This document shows, in pieces, positions 10,401 through 19,130 of a stretch of 64,000 nucleotides of DNA (positions are counted from its first letter, which is position 1; every line of letters starts with the position of its first letter). The notes under the pieces are model-generated. The model searched no databases. It saw nothing but the letters and a program-made list of their open reading frames with translations, and was not told where the DNA came from. The stretch comes from Longimicrobiales bacterium. GTDB taxonomy: Bacteria; Gemmatimonadota; Gemmatimonadetes; Longimicrobiales; Gaopeijiaceae. The stretch spans positions 2,656,001 to 2,720,000 of the forward strand of contig OZ241892.1 of assembly GCA_965203485.1 (NCBI GenBank), in the 5' to 3' direction. The position numbers were made by a program, and so were the translations under genes.

Positions 10401-11063
10401 GAACTCGACCACGCCGTGCGGCAGATCATCGCCGGAGCCGTCGTGCCCAAGGGCGTGATCGACATCTTCGCGGCCGCCGGACTGCCGAAGCCCGACATCT
10501 CCATCCTGTCCGACGAGTTCCTGGCCGAAGTGCGGGACCTGCCGCAACGCAACCTGGCCGTCGACCTGCTGCGCAAGCTTCTGGACGGCGAAGTGCGCGC
10601 CCGCCGCCGCAAGAATGTGGTGCAGAGCCGCTCCTTCGCCGAGATGTTGGAGCGCACGCTGGCCCGCTACAGGAACCGAGCCGTCGAGACCGCCCAGGTG
10701 ATCGAGGAGCTGATCGGCTTGGCGAAGGAGATGCGCGAGGCCGACCGCCGCGGCGAAGACCTTGGCCTGTCCGAGGACGAGCTCGCGTTCTACGACGCGC
10801 TGGAGACCAACGACAGCGCCGTCAAAGTGCTCGGCGACGAGACATTGCGCACAATCGCTCGCGAGCTGGTCGCGACCGTGCGCAACAACACCACGATCGA
10901 CTGGACGATCCGCGACAACATCCGCGCCCGCCTCCGCGTCTACGTCAAAAAGGTCCTCCGCAAGCACGGCTACCCGCCCGACAAGGAGGAGGCGGCAACC
11001 AAGACGGTCTTGCAACAGGCCGAGGTGTTCTCGGCGGACTGGCTGGCCTCGGCGCCACGGTGA
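7410..11063 (+). CDS. hsdR: Type I restriction endonuclease subunit R with an inserted S24 (LexA-like) peptidase domain
   Basis: Nuclease motif [19 protein letters not shown], Walker [34 protein letters not shown]-terminal [13 protein letters not shown]. Probable GTG start at 7410 (ORF is open from 7290). Confidence 0.93.
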   Translation: MSRILESAVEQAALEWLSQSGWTTAHGPDLGADSPAGRASERSAYSDVTLASRLRKALSRLNPDLPGTTLDDALRKLTRPAGSTLDARNRSFHRMLVDGVPVEYRTPDGSIRGANPRVLDFDQTDANDWLAVNQFTVVEGKRTRRLDVVLFVNGLPLGVVELKDPSNPDATIHTAWRQLQTYKAELPTLFAMNEIMGVSDGVDARFGTLTGGWEWFKPWRTIDGDERAGASASQLQVAVEGLCAPRRLLDMIRDFIVFEDDGGGELAKKMAGYHQYHAVRVAVGQTLRATRMQDEKEAAPVRPFRPVVVPPDPRTRYVTTAPLVPLKAAAGAFGDPRRFPADDFEWTRIRPKRPLRRGMFVAQVVGPSMEPAIPDGAWCLFSAPVEGTRQGKTVLVELRDEIDPETGERYTVKRYESEKAAQNEDGDRWRHARVTLKPRNPRFQPIVLAPQDEGQVHVVAELVEVLDRHALDTGPKPALPGDRRVGVVWHTQGSGKSLTMAFYAGRIVREPAMANPTLVVLTDRNDLDEQLFATFSRCRDLLRQPPEQAEDRADLRRRLDREAGGVVFTTIQKFFPDQKGDRHPLLSARRNIVVVADEAHRSQYDFVDGFAAHMRDALPAASFIGFTGTPIEHTDRNTRSVFGDHISIYDIQRAVDDGATVPIHYEGRLAKLALDEDERPRIDSQFEEATEGEEVARKEGLKTRWAQLEAIVGADKRLELVAGDLVRHYEQRCDALEGKAMIVCMSRRICVALHDKIVSKRSGWHGEEDEQGAIKVVMTGSASDPPEWQRHIRSKGQREALAKRFRDPDDPFRIVIVRDMWLTGFDAPALHTMYVDKPMRGHGLMQAIARVNRVFRDKPGGLVVDYLGLANDLKEALTTYTNSGGRGRPTVDQDQAVQEMRKRFEICRDLFHGFDRSRWTAGAPAERLALLPAAQEHVLAQENGKDRLLEAVDALSKAFALAVPHDEALGIRDDVGFFQTVRNSLAKRAPGAAQPAEELDHAVRQIIAGAVVPKGVIDIFAAAGLPKPDISILSDEFLAEVRDLPQRNLAVDLLRKLLDGEVRARRRKNVVQSRSFAEMLERTLARYRNRAVETAQVIEELIGLAKEMREADRRGEDLGLSEDELAFYDALETNDSAVKVLGDETLRTIARELVATVRNNTTIDWTIRDNIRARLRVYVKKVLRKHGYPPDKEEAATKTVLQQAEVFSADWLASAPR

Positions 11064-11357
11064 CCAGGAGTTGCGTGCGCATGGAGGTCGCCGTCCGCCG
11101 AACGGGCCGAGGTGCTGGACATCGGCGCAAACGGCAAGTTGCTGGCTGCCCAGAGGCACTTTTCCCGTGGCTATTTGCGATTCGGTCAGGGAGTCGTTTA
11201 TCTTCCGGGTACACGGGAACCGTGGGGGCCTCAGATCGTCCATTTTCTTCATCCGCCCGGTCAGGGTACCGCTGGCCCCCGGGCAGGCGGGTCCGAGCCA
11301 GGCCGCGCACCGACCAGCAACCGGCGGTACAGCCCGAGGGGCCATCAGAACGGATCG

Positions 11358-11864
11358 ATGAGCATGAAGCTAAAGAAGCTACTGTCCCAGTTTCGCCTAG
11401 AGGGTGTGCGTCTCAACGTCAAGTTCGCCACCTTCGACGTCGACCTGACAGACCACGACAAGAACGCGGCGTGGGATCTGTACGTAGAGATGTTGACCAG
11501 GATCGCCACCCAGCCGCTCCCCACCATCCATGGCAGTGAGGATCAAGCTTTGGCGAGCGTCTACTCTCTGTTTCCTACTACCCGCGAAATCCTCCGACGT
11601 CGAGGTCCCAGCACTATTGAATTCTCCAAAATCGCGATCCCTGTACTCAATCAAGTTGTACGTCCATTTACGGCCAAATGGCATCGCGAATCACTGGTGG
11701 GCGCATTTGACGACCCCGCCCGCTGTATCGAATTTCGTCAAGAACTCGCGTCACTGCAGGTTCATCTAAGGAACTACAATCGCCTGTTGGCGAGCATTGC
11801 CGATGTAGAAGACCTTACTGACCCAGAACCTCATGACCAAACAATGGGAGAAAACCATGGCTGA
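11358..11864 (+). CDS. Hypothetical helical protein, first gene of the TIR operon
   Basis: Globular-looking ORF ([18 protein letters not shown]...VRPFTAKWH) that overlaps the TIR start. Confidence 0.7.
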   Translation: MSMKLKKLLSQFRLEGVRLNVKFATFDVDLTDHDKNAAWDLYVEMLTRIATQPLPTIHGSEDQALASVYSLFPTTREILRRRGPSTIEFSKIAIPVLNQVVRPFTAKWHRESLVGAFDDPARCIEFRQELASLQVHLRNYNRLLASIADVEDLTDPEPHDQTMGENHG

Positions 11865-12336
11865 CAAACTGCACAATGTCTTCATTAGTCACAAGCATGA
11901 AGACGACGCTGGCCTACAGTCGCTCAAGGCCCTGCTTGAACGGCACGGCATGAAATACAGGGATTATTCCGTGACATCTGACAAGCCTAATCGCGCCGTT
12001 AGTGAAGATTACATAAAATCCAGCATCCTTGCGCCTAGAATCCAACGCGCTAGCTGTTTAGTCGTATACGTGTCGGCAGCGACCAAGAACAGTGACTGGG
12101 TAGATTGGGAAATCGAATATGCCCACGGAAAGGGGAAGCGAATAGTCGGCGTTTGGCAACGCGGAGAACTGGGTTGTGATGTACCTCGTGCTTTGACTCT
12201 ATACGCTGACGCAGTGGTGGGATGGAATGGCGAAAGCATAGTTGATGCCATTACTGGCAAGTCCAACACGTGGTACAACCAGAATGGGACCTCATGGGAG
12301 TACCGGTCAGACATCCAACGACACACTTGCGGTTAG
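11857..12336 (+). CDS. TIR domain protein (ThsB/DUF1863-like)
   Basis: HNVFISHKHED, ILAPRIQRASCLVVYV, SDWVDWEIEYA (catalytic Glu), GKRIVGV; GGGAG RBS. Confidence 0.88.
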   Translation: MADKLHNVFISHKHEDDAGLQSLKALLERHGMKYRDYSVTSDKPNRAVSEDYIKSSILAPRIQRASCLVVYVSAATKNSDWVDWEIEYAHGKGKRIVGVWQRGELGCDVPRALTLYADAVVGWNGESIVDAITGKSNTWYNQNGTSWEYRSDIQRHTCG

Positions 12337-12834
12337 GAGGACAGTTCATGTTTCTCTATTCGTACATCGTCGCCAGGGACTATGGCTTCGCCCCTAATCC
12401 CTTCTTTGGCTGCTGTACCCTTGCTACGTGCAAGCCCGTAATTCGCCGATGTGCTAGCGTCGGCGATTGGGTCGTTGGCACTGGGCCCAAGAAGAAGCAA
12501 AGGAACGGTTACCTGGTTTTCGCTATGCGGATTGATGACGCAATGTCGTACAACAAGTATTGGTCTGATCCCCGCTTTGCGGCCAAAAAGCCGAACATGC
12601 GATCTAGCGTTCGGAATGCATATGGCGACAATATCTATCGCACAGACGATGCAGGAGGCTGGATACAGCAAGATTCACACCATAGTATGCCACATGGCAA
12701 ATCTTGTGGAGTTGCCCCGGTATGGTGGACGGGCAAGGATCTTGGGTTCAGATGGTGCAATGTGAAACATGACTTTAGGAAGGACGGAGGCGCAAGGGCG
12801 CCGAACGGTCTCGTGTCGAGGGGGTCGGTGCACT

Positions 12835-13683
12835 TTACGCGACCGCACGCTTGCGCTCGAAGCCGGCGGGGGATTCGTAGCCGAGCGCCGAGTGTCGGCG
12901 CCGCGAGTTGTAGAAGCCTTCGATGAAGGCGAAGACGGCGCGCCGGGCTTCGGCCGGACTTGTGAACTGGCAACGGTCCAGCAACTCGCATTCCAACGTG
13001 GCGAAGAAGCTCTCGCACATCGCGTTGTCGTAGGCGTCGCCCACCGAGCCCGTCGAGCGACGCACGCCGGCCTTCCTGCACCGCTCGCCGAACGCCCAGG
13101 ACGTGTACTGCGACCCCTGGTCCGAGTGATGGATCACGGTCTCTGGACTGCGGTTCTCGACGGCCATGGCGAGCGCGCGCTCGACGAGTTCGCCGCGCAG
13201 GTGCGTCTCCATGGCCCAGCCGACGACGCGGCGGCTCCAGGCGTCGACGACGACCGCCAGGTAGAGCCATCCGGCCCCGGCCGGCACGTACGTGATGTCG
13301 GCGACCCAGAGCTGGTCGGGGCCTTCGGCGCTGAAGTCGCGCTCGACCAAGTCCGGAGCCGGGCGCGCGTGGGCGTCGCGCACCGTCAGCGCCACCTTGC
13401 GGCGCCTGCGGCTCGCGCCTTCGATGCCCTCCTCGCGCATGAGGCGGGCGACGCGCTTCGGACCGACGCGCTCGCCCCAGGCCGCGAGATCGGCGTGGAT
13501 GCGCGGTCGCCCGTACGTCCGCCGGCTCGCTTCCCAGCTGCGGCGCACCAAGACGCGCAACGCGTCGTCGCGCAACGCGCTCGCCGATCGGGGACGCTTC
13601 AGCCATGCATAGAAGCCGCTCGGGGAGAGACCGAGGACGCGGCACATCGCGCGCACGGGAAACACGGCCCGGTGCGCTTTCAC
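12835..13683 (-). CDS. IS3 transposase OrfB (DDE/rve)
   Basis: YGRPRI, LWVADITYV, HHSDQGSQYTS, DNAMCESFFATLECE, YNSRRRHSALGY. Confidence 0.93.
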   Translation of the reverse strand: MKAHRAVFPVRAMCRVLGLSPSGFYAWLKRPRSASALRDDALRVLVRRSWEASRRTYGRPRIHADLAAWGERVGPKRVARLMREEGIEGASRRRRKVALTVRDAHARPAPDLVERDFSAEGPDQLWVADITYVPAGAGWLYLAVVVDAWSRRVVGWAMETHLRGELVERALAMAVENRSPETVIHHSDQGSQYTSWAFGERCRKAGVRRSTGSVGDAYDNAMCESFFATLECELLDRCQFTSPAEARRAVFAFIEGFYNSRRRHSALGYESPAGFERKRAVA

Positions 13684-13994
13684 GAACTCGAACCCTCTCC
13701 GGGAATCGAGCCGCTCTCCCGAGCGAACCAGGCCGCGGCTTTTTTTAGAATGTCGCGCTCGAGGCGCAACTGCTTGTTCTCCCGCTTCAGGCGGCGCAAC
13801 TCGTCCCGCTCGCGCGTCGTCGTCCCGTCGTCGCGACGGCCCTCGTCGAGATCGGCCTGCTCGACCCAGTTGCGGATCGTCGGCGCCGACGGCTCGAACT
13901 CACGCGCCAGCGCCTCCGGCGACCGGCCCGAACGCGCCAGATCCACCATTCGCCGCCGGTACTCCAGCGGGTACTGCTTGCGTTTCTTCGGCAT
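13680..13994 (-). CDS. IS3 transposase OrfA (HTH)
   Basis: MPKKRKQYPLEYRR...ELRRLKRENKQLRLERDILKKAAAWFA; A7G -1 frameshift motif at 13739-13746. Confidence 0.9.
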   Translation of the reverse strand: MPKKRKQYPLEYRRRMVDLARSGRSPEALAREFEPSAPTIRNWVEQADLDEGRRDDGTTTRERDELRRLKRENKQLRLERDILKKAAAWFARESGSIPGEGSSS

Positions 13995-14287
13995 CGTGGA
14001 CTCCTCCTCGTCCCGAAAGATTGAACGTGTCCACCATGCCGGGGCAACTCCACTTGTGACGCCAACATCCACAACGACACCAAGACTGACAGAGTGTTGA
14101 TTAGTTGGTACTTCACCTACTGGGGTGGAACCGGGCCCGAAATACCGTATGCAAGCCGGACGGACATTTGCTCTCGCGGTCGATCCCATAAGAAGATCCT
14201 TCTCCGAGATATACAAACAACCGTCGCTTGGCTTAAGGATTTGAAGCGAGGCTATTGTGGTGAACCCCTGGAATGGGCAGCTATGTG

Positions 14288-15391
14288 ATGTTGGCTGCGA
14301 TGTCTTTTTCACTGGAAACTCTGTCGCTGTACGCAAGAACGACCGCCGAAACCGATCGCCTTCCTCCAAGCGACATCCAACCGGTTCTTTTTGGTCTGTA
14401 TGGAGAGGTTGGCGGCATCATGACGTTGATCAAGAAATGCCACCGTGAGGAAGTTGATATGGACAGAGCGATTCTACGAGAGGAGCTTGGCGACGTACTG
14501 TGGTACTTCGTTACGCTATGCCGTCGATTGGGCGTTTCCCTCACTGATGTTGTAGTCAGTACCTACAGCAAACCTGATGTGAAACCGATCCAAGAAAACA
14601 TGATGGGGATTGACCAGCTTCGTCCGCTATCAAGAACGGTGGAAAGACTAGGGGTTAGGGCGGCAATGCTGCTGTCCGTTACGAACTCGGATGCGTCAGT
14701 TGCGGAGGGGTTGCGTGGATTTTGGCAGGACTTTTGGCAGTGCCTTGCCGCCGCTCGGGTGGATATTGGAATAGTAATTGCCGAAAACATTGCAAAAATT
14801 CGTGGCAGATTCACGATTCCGACGTCTACCGAACTCCCTACTTTCGACGACACATATCCCGAGGGTGAGAAATTGCCGATGTCGTTCCGAATTGAATTTA
14901 TTGAAACCCACGAAGGGGCCATTACCCTTCGATGGAACGGGAACATTCTCGGGGACGAACTCGACGATAGTATAATGCGGTCCGACGATTATCGCTTTCA
15001 CGATGTGTTTCATCTTGCGAATGCCGCTGTTCTTCATTGGTCTCCGACATTTCGGAAACTAACGGGACGAAAGCGCAGAAGTAATCCTTCTGTTGATCGA
15101 GGACAAGATGGCGGTCGAGCAATCGCAATTGAGGAAGGCCTGACAGCATGGATGTTTGCCTATGCAAAGGAGCGTGCGTTTCTCGAGGGAAGCAGACGTC
15201 TTCCATTTGACCTACTGAAGGGAGTCAGTCGATTTGTAACCGGCTATGAGGTGCATGCATGTCCGCTGGGCCTGTGGGAACAGGGAATTCTAGAGGGCTT
15301 CAAGGCGTTTCGTGCTTTGGCGAACAACCGAGGTGGCGTGGTTGTAGGAGAGCGAGCTGATCGCATGATCGGTTATGAGTGTCGGTCATGA
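14288..15391 (+). CDS. MazG-like nucleotide pyrophosphohydrolase with a MazG_C domain
   Basis: GLYGEVGG...REELGDVLWY (MazG) and DDYRFHDVFH (DxYRxHDxxH), HWSP, AIAIEEG; TGATG overlap with the Nmad2 stop. Confidence 0.85.
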   Translation: MLAAMSFSLETLSLYARTTAETDRLPPSDIQPVLFGLYGEVGGIMTLIKKCHREEVDMDRAILREELGDVLWYFVTLCRRLGVSLTDVVVSTYSKPDVKPIQENMMGIDQLRPLSRTVERLGVRAAMLLSVTNSDASVAEGLRGFWQDFWQCLAAARVDIGIVIAENIAKIRGRFTIPTSTELPTFDDTYPEGEKLPMSFRIEFIETHEGAITLRWNGNILGDELDDSIMRSDDYRFHDVFHLANAAVLHWSPTFRKLTGRKRRSNPSVDRGQDGGRAIAIEEGLTAWMFAYAKERAFLEGSRRLPFDLLKGVSRFVTGYEVHACPLGLWEQGILEGFKAFRALANNRGGVVVGERADRMIGYECRS

Positions 15392-16026
15392 CAGCCGACG
15401 CGTTTGTCGACATGCTCACCGACCAAAGGTTTCGCAATGCATTTGATCCGTACTCTCAACGATGCACTGCCCACGACTTGGCTGACGCCCCGGAAATGAG
15501 ATGCCGGATGGTGCTGTCAATGATTGGTAACGCCGTCGAGCACGGAACCGATTCGTTGTGGGTCGGGAGAGACCTCGGATATCGTGGCGGGCGCCGTACG
15601 GGCCTTGCGATGACTGACGACTTTAGCCTTCAGGTCCACGCACGCCGATGGAGCATAGTCGGCGAGCGGCCGACCAGAGGAACGATGATCAAAGAGCGCA
15701 CAGCAACGGCGGTTTGGAACCTGCTCGGGAAGATCGAAATTAGCGTGTTTTTGTGGAATGTGTTTCCATTTCATCCGCATATACACGACACTCCGTTTTC
15801 GAATCGACCACATAATAGAACGGAGAGACAGGTCGGCCGGAAAATACTTGGTGAGCTGATTCGTATGTTGAGGCCTAGGCGGATAGTTGCTGTCGGTGGA
15901 CTGGCGGCGAGCGTGATTGGGGCTATGACAAATGGCGAACAATGTGTTCGTGTACGTCACCCGAGCTATGGCGGTCAAAGAGAGTTTGTCGAGGGAATGC
16001 TGGGTGTCTACGGGAATCGAGGGTAA
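15388..16026 (+). CDS. Uracil-DNA glycosylase superfamily protein
   Basis: LWVGRDLGYRGGRRTGLAMTD, ERTATAVW, LWNVFPFHPH, NRPH, VRHPSYGG; ATGA overlap with MazG. Confidence 0.85.
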   Translation: MTADAFVDMLTDQRFRNAFDPYSQRCTAHDLADAPEMRCRMVLSMIGNAVEHGTDSLWVGRDLGYRGGRRTGLAMTDDFSLQVHARRWSIVGERPTRGTMIKERTATAVWNLLGKIEISVFLWNVFPFHPHIHDTPFSNRPHNRTERQVGRKILGELIRMLRPRRIVAVGGLAASVIGAMTNGEQCVRVRHPSYGGQREFVEGMLGVYGNRG

Positions 16027-16056
16027 ACGATCATGAATGGGTAAACGGTCATGAAT
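16021..16056 (+). repeat. Tandem 18-bp direct repeat GGGTAAACG(A/G)TCATGAAT spanning the UDG stop codon
   Basis: Two adjacent copies with one mismatch. Confidence 0.7.
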
Positions 16057-16081
16057 GGAAGTGGAGACGGAGTGTTTCTTG

Positions 16082-16143
16082 ACGAGGCAGAGCAGTGGAA
16101 GATGGCCGACGCCCTTCGCGGCTCGATGGACGTTGCTGAGTAC
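16082..16143 (+). repeat. 62-bp degenerate copy of the hsdM 5' region (2361-2422)
   Basis: 54/62 identical by manual alignment; encodes [20 protein letters not shown]. Confidence 0.85.
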
Positions 16144-16310
16144 TTTCCCCGCATTCACGCTGTCGGGACCCACTGAACACCCGTCTCAACCTTGTATTCC
16201 CGCGCTCCGCGCAAAGCCTTTTTGCCACGGACTGCTAAGGACGGCTCCCATCGACCCTGGCGCGACGACGAGGCGGACCACGACCCGTTCTTGGTCCGTC
16301 ATGCCTTCAT

Positions 16311-17150
16311 TCAGCCACGTCGTGCGCGCCGCAGGTGGTCGCGTGCAACGCGCTCGGGTATGTGGAGCTTCATCAAGGCGGCCACCCTGTCGTCCTCGCT
16401 CGCGTCAGGCATCTCGTCCAGTATCTCCCGCGCCCGGCACGCTCGCCATGACCAGATGGCGCCGTCAACAGTCTTGCGGTTCAGCCCATTGGCTTCCGCG
16501 ATGGCGCGGATCTCCTTCGGCGGGTGTCTGCCCTCATCGCACAGGTCCCAGATAATGCGAGTCTTGGCCGTCTTCTTTGCGGGTCGCTTCGGCACCCGCC
16601 TCTTGTCGTCCCGATTCGGCGGAGGCTGCAACGTCGGCGCCGACGCTAGCTTGTTCAGCCGACGTTCCCACCATGTGGCATCGAACTCGTACACCGGAAG
16701 CTTGACTTCGCGCACTCCGAATCTGTTCTCGATCATCGTGTCCGCGATGTCGTTGCCGTCGTACAGCTTGACTTCAATCCGAGCCTCCTGTGCCTTGTCC
16801 GCCGCTTCCCGCGCCTGCCGCGTGTAGCCGCTGGACGTGAAGAAGTAGCCGCTGGTGAGCCCGCGACTGGTCAGTGCGCCCACGAAGTTGACGACCTCCT
16901 TCGGCGGCACGTCTCGGTCCCACCGCTTCGCCTGGAACGCGAACCGGAAGTCGAGCATGTTGCCGATCCCATCGATGCCGCCGTCGCCCGCGCCACCGGT
17001 CCGCTCCACGCGACTTGCTCCCCTGAGCGTCAGAAGCTGGACCACGAACTCCTCGAACTCCTGGCCCGACATCTTGCGAAGCCATCCGTGGATCGCGTTC
17101 CGCGCCGACTCAATCGGATCGTGGAGAACACTTCCGTTCTGGTACGCCAC
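16311..17150 (-). CDS. Mrr-like (type IV) restriction endonuclease domain protein
   Basis: MSGQEFEEFVVQLL, TGGAGDGGIDG, FQAKRW, GYFFTSSGYTRQA, LYDG; extra basic/helical C-terminus. Confidence 0.85.
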   Translation of the reverse strand: MAYQNGSVLHDPIESARNAIHGWLRKMSGQEFEEFVVQLLTLRGASRVERTGGAGDGGIDGIGNMLDFRFAFQAKRWDRDVPPKEVVNFVGALTSRGLTSGYFFTSSGYTRQAREAADKAQEARIEVKLYDGNDIADTMIENRFGVREVKLPVYEFDATWWERRLNKLASAPTLQPPPNRDDKRRVPKRPAKKTAKTRIIWDLCDEGRHPPKEIRAIAEANGLNRKTVDGAIWSWRACRAREILDEMPDASEDDRVAALMKLHIPERVARDHLRRARRG

Positions 17151-17280
17151 TTGCTCGTTCCCTTCTCTTGGATGGTTTCGTCTCTTGGATGGTTTGTGAA
17201 CCCGTGGGGACGCAGGAAGATAGGCGCATCAGTAAAAGCGCCGCAACCAAGAGCGGAGAGGCGGGGGGACGCCTTCGAGC

Positions 17281-17820
17281 GGCTCTTCCCCCTGTTTCGG
17301 TGGGCGTCGTAGGATGGACGGAAGGGAGGAACGGCATGACTCTTCGAGCGAGGAGAGCGAATGGAGATGCGGGAGTGGGTAGAGCGGTTGATGGGCCTGG
17401 GGCCGGAGTGGCGGATCAAGCGCGTGGACGAGGATTCTGAGCACCAGGAAGCGCGGGTGGCGCTGGCGCGCAAGGCTGGTTCGGCGTTGCGGTGCCCGCA
17501 ATGCGGCGGACATGTCCGGGCTACGACGTGCGGCACCGACGTTCGAGTCGCTGGTGATCGGCTGGCTACGCGAGGCGAGCGTGCTTGCGGTGTCGCGGCG
17601 ACTACGCTTGAGCTGGACGGCGGTCGCCGGGATCATGGAGCGCGCGCGGTGCGCCGGCGGCTGAGCGTGGACCGGACGTTCAGCGCGGCCACAAGTACGT
17701 GACGGTGGTGTCGGACTCGGAGACGCAGGATTGCTGCACGTGGCGCCGGGCCGCGGACGCGAAGCGCTGGAGGCGTTCTACCGGCGCATGGGCGAGCGGC
17801 CGCTGGCCGTAGCGGTCCGC
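17281..17820 (+). mobile_element. Degenerate ISL3-family element (frameshifted, internally deleted transposase)
   Basis: GGCTCTT end at 17281; MREWVERLMGLGPEWRI...CPQCG zinc ribbon; other frames give FESLVIGWLREASVLAVSRRLRLSW and RGHKYVTVVSD. Right boundary is approximate. Confidence 0.7.
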
Positions 17821-17921
17821 ACATTCGGGATGCCCCGGCCCGCCGGGGCACTAGCTTCAACGTCGGCACCAAACGGCGCTTGCGCGTAGACTACGCTCGG
17901 CCAGAAGACGATGCCGCGACG

Positions 17922-19130
17922 ATGCAACCCTACTCGGAATCCACATTGAGGACGATGGCGTCGGCCTTGGAGTCCGAGTTGGTCGAACGCAAGGAGTCGT
18001 TGCAAGGCGATGCGCCCAAGGCGATTCGTCAGGCAGTTTGCGCCTTTGCCAACGATCTGCCCGGCCACCGGCAGGCCGGCGTGGTCTACGTCGGCCTGAA
18101 GGACGACGGCCGACCGACTGGACTAGCGGTCACCGACGACTTGCTGAGGCAACTGGCCGACATCAAGACGGACGGCAACATCGTGCCCTTGCCGACGCTT
18201 TCGGTGGGCCGGCTGACAATATCCGGAAACGATGTGGCCGTCGTCACCGTTCAGCCGTCGCATTCGCCGCCCGTGCGGTTCCGCGGCGCCATCTGGATCC
18301 GCACTGGGCCGCGCCGCGCGATTGCGTCCGCCCAGGACGAGCAAATCCTCAACGAGAAGCGGCGTCATGGCGACGCTCCCTTCGACGTGTATCCCGTGTC
18401 CACAGCCCGTCTTGCCGACCTCGATGCCCGCAGGTTCGAGGAGGAGTATCTTCCAGGCGCGGTCGAACGCTCGGTCCTGGCGGCCAACGACCGAAGCCTG
18501 AAGGAGCGTTTCGCCGCAGCAAAGATGACGGTCTCGACGGACGACCCGAGGCCGACCGTGCTGGGTTGCCTCGTATTGGGCATCCGCCCGCAAGACTTCA
18601 TTCCGGGAGCGTATGTCCAGTTTCTCCGTATCGCCGGTACCGAACTGAGCGATTCGGTCGTGGACGAGACTCGTTGCGACGGGCCGGTCTCGCAAATGAT
18701 CCGTTGCCTGATGGACAAGCTCGCCGCACACAATCGCACCTGCGTGGACATTACGTCCGCGTGGACAGAACGGCGGAAACCGGCGTATCCGATGCCGGCG
18801 TTGCAGCAACTCGCGCTCAATGCCGTCATGCATCGCGCCTACGAGAACACGAATGCTCCCGTGCGAATCTGCTGGTTCGACGACAGAATCGAGTTCAACA
18901 GTCCAGGCGGCCCTTACGGCGTCGTGACGGCGGAAACCTTCGGACAGCCTGGCGCGGTCGACTATCGCAATCCGAATTTGGCCGAAGCCATGGGCGTGAT
19001 GGGTTGGGTGCAACGGTACGGCGTCGGCCTCGGAATCGCTCGTCGGAGCTTGGCCGACAACGGACAGTCGGCACCGATTTTTCGCGTTGACCGCAACTGG
19101 GTGTTCTGCACGGTGAGGGCGAAATCATGA
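17922..19130 (+). CDS. Schlafen/AlbA_2 domain protein with a RecG-C/HATPase_c_4-like domain
   Basis: ESELVERKES, VCAFAN, GVVYVGLKDDG; LALNAVMHRAY, FDDRIEFNSPGG, YRNPNLAE, RYGVG. Confidence 0.85.
   Translation: MQPYSESTLRTMASALESELVERKESLQGDAPKAIRQAVCAFANDLPGHRQAGVVYVGLKDDGRPTGLAVTDDLLRQLADIKTDGNIVPLPTLSVGRLTISGNDVAVVTVQPSHSPPVRFRGAIWIRTGPRRAIASAQDEQILNEKRRHGDAPFDVYPVSTARLADLDARRFEEEYLPGAVERSVLAANDRSLKERFAAAKMTVSTDDPRPTVLGCLVLGIRPQDFIPGAYVQFLRIAGTELSDSVVDETRCDGPVSQMIRCLMDKLAAHNRTCVDITSAWTERRKPAYPMPALQQLALNAVMHRAYENTNAPVRICWFDDRIEFNSPGGPYGVVTAETFGQPGAVDYRNPNLAEAMGVMGWVQRYGVGLGIARRSLADNGQSAPIFRVDRNWVFCTVRAKS

Larger units (their letters stand above)
12707..14052 (-). mobile_element. IS3-family insertion sequence (1346 bp) with a 4-bp target duplication CTTG
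   Basis: Terminal IRs TGGAGTTGCCCCGG(T/C)ATGGTGGAC with TG...CA ends; CTTG at 12703-12706 and 14053-14056; sharp rise in GC. Confidence 0.95.
12348..14288 (+). pseudogene. Nmad2 (nucleotide-modification associated domain 2) gene interrupted by an IS3; join(12348..12706,14057..14288) gives 196 aa
   Basis: MFLYSYIVARDYGFAPNPFFGCCTLATCKPVIRR...YGDNIY...DSHHS. Removing the IS and one CTTG copy restores the frame: PHGKSC-DANIHNDTKTDRVLISWYFTYWGG. AGGAGG RBS. Confidence 0.85.

Noticed and set aside
7454..11539. Very long alternative-frame ORFs (this one, 23793-27698, 43669-46578, 2039-3646 and others)
   Set aside because: R/G/A/P-rich or antisense shadows of real genes, as expected in high-GC DNA; no recognisable motifs
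11857..12336. Calling the TIR gene a Thoeris system
   Set aside because: No ThsA-type effector is present in the window; the neighbours are Nmad2, MazG and UDG
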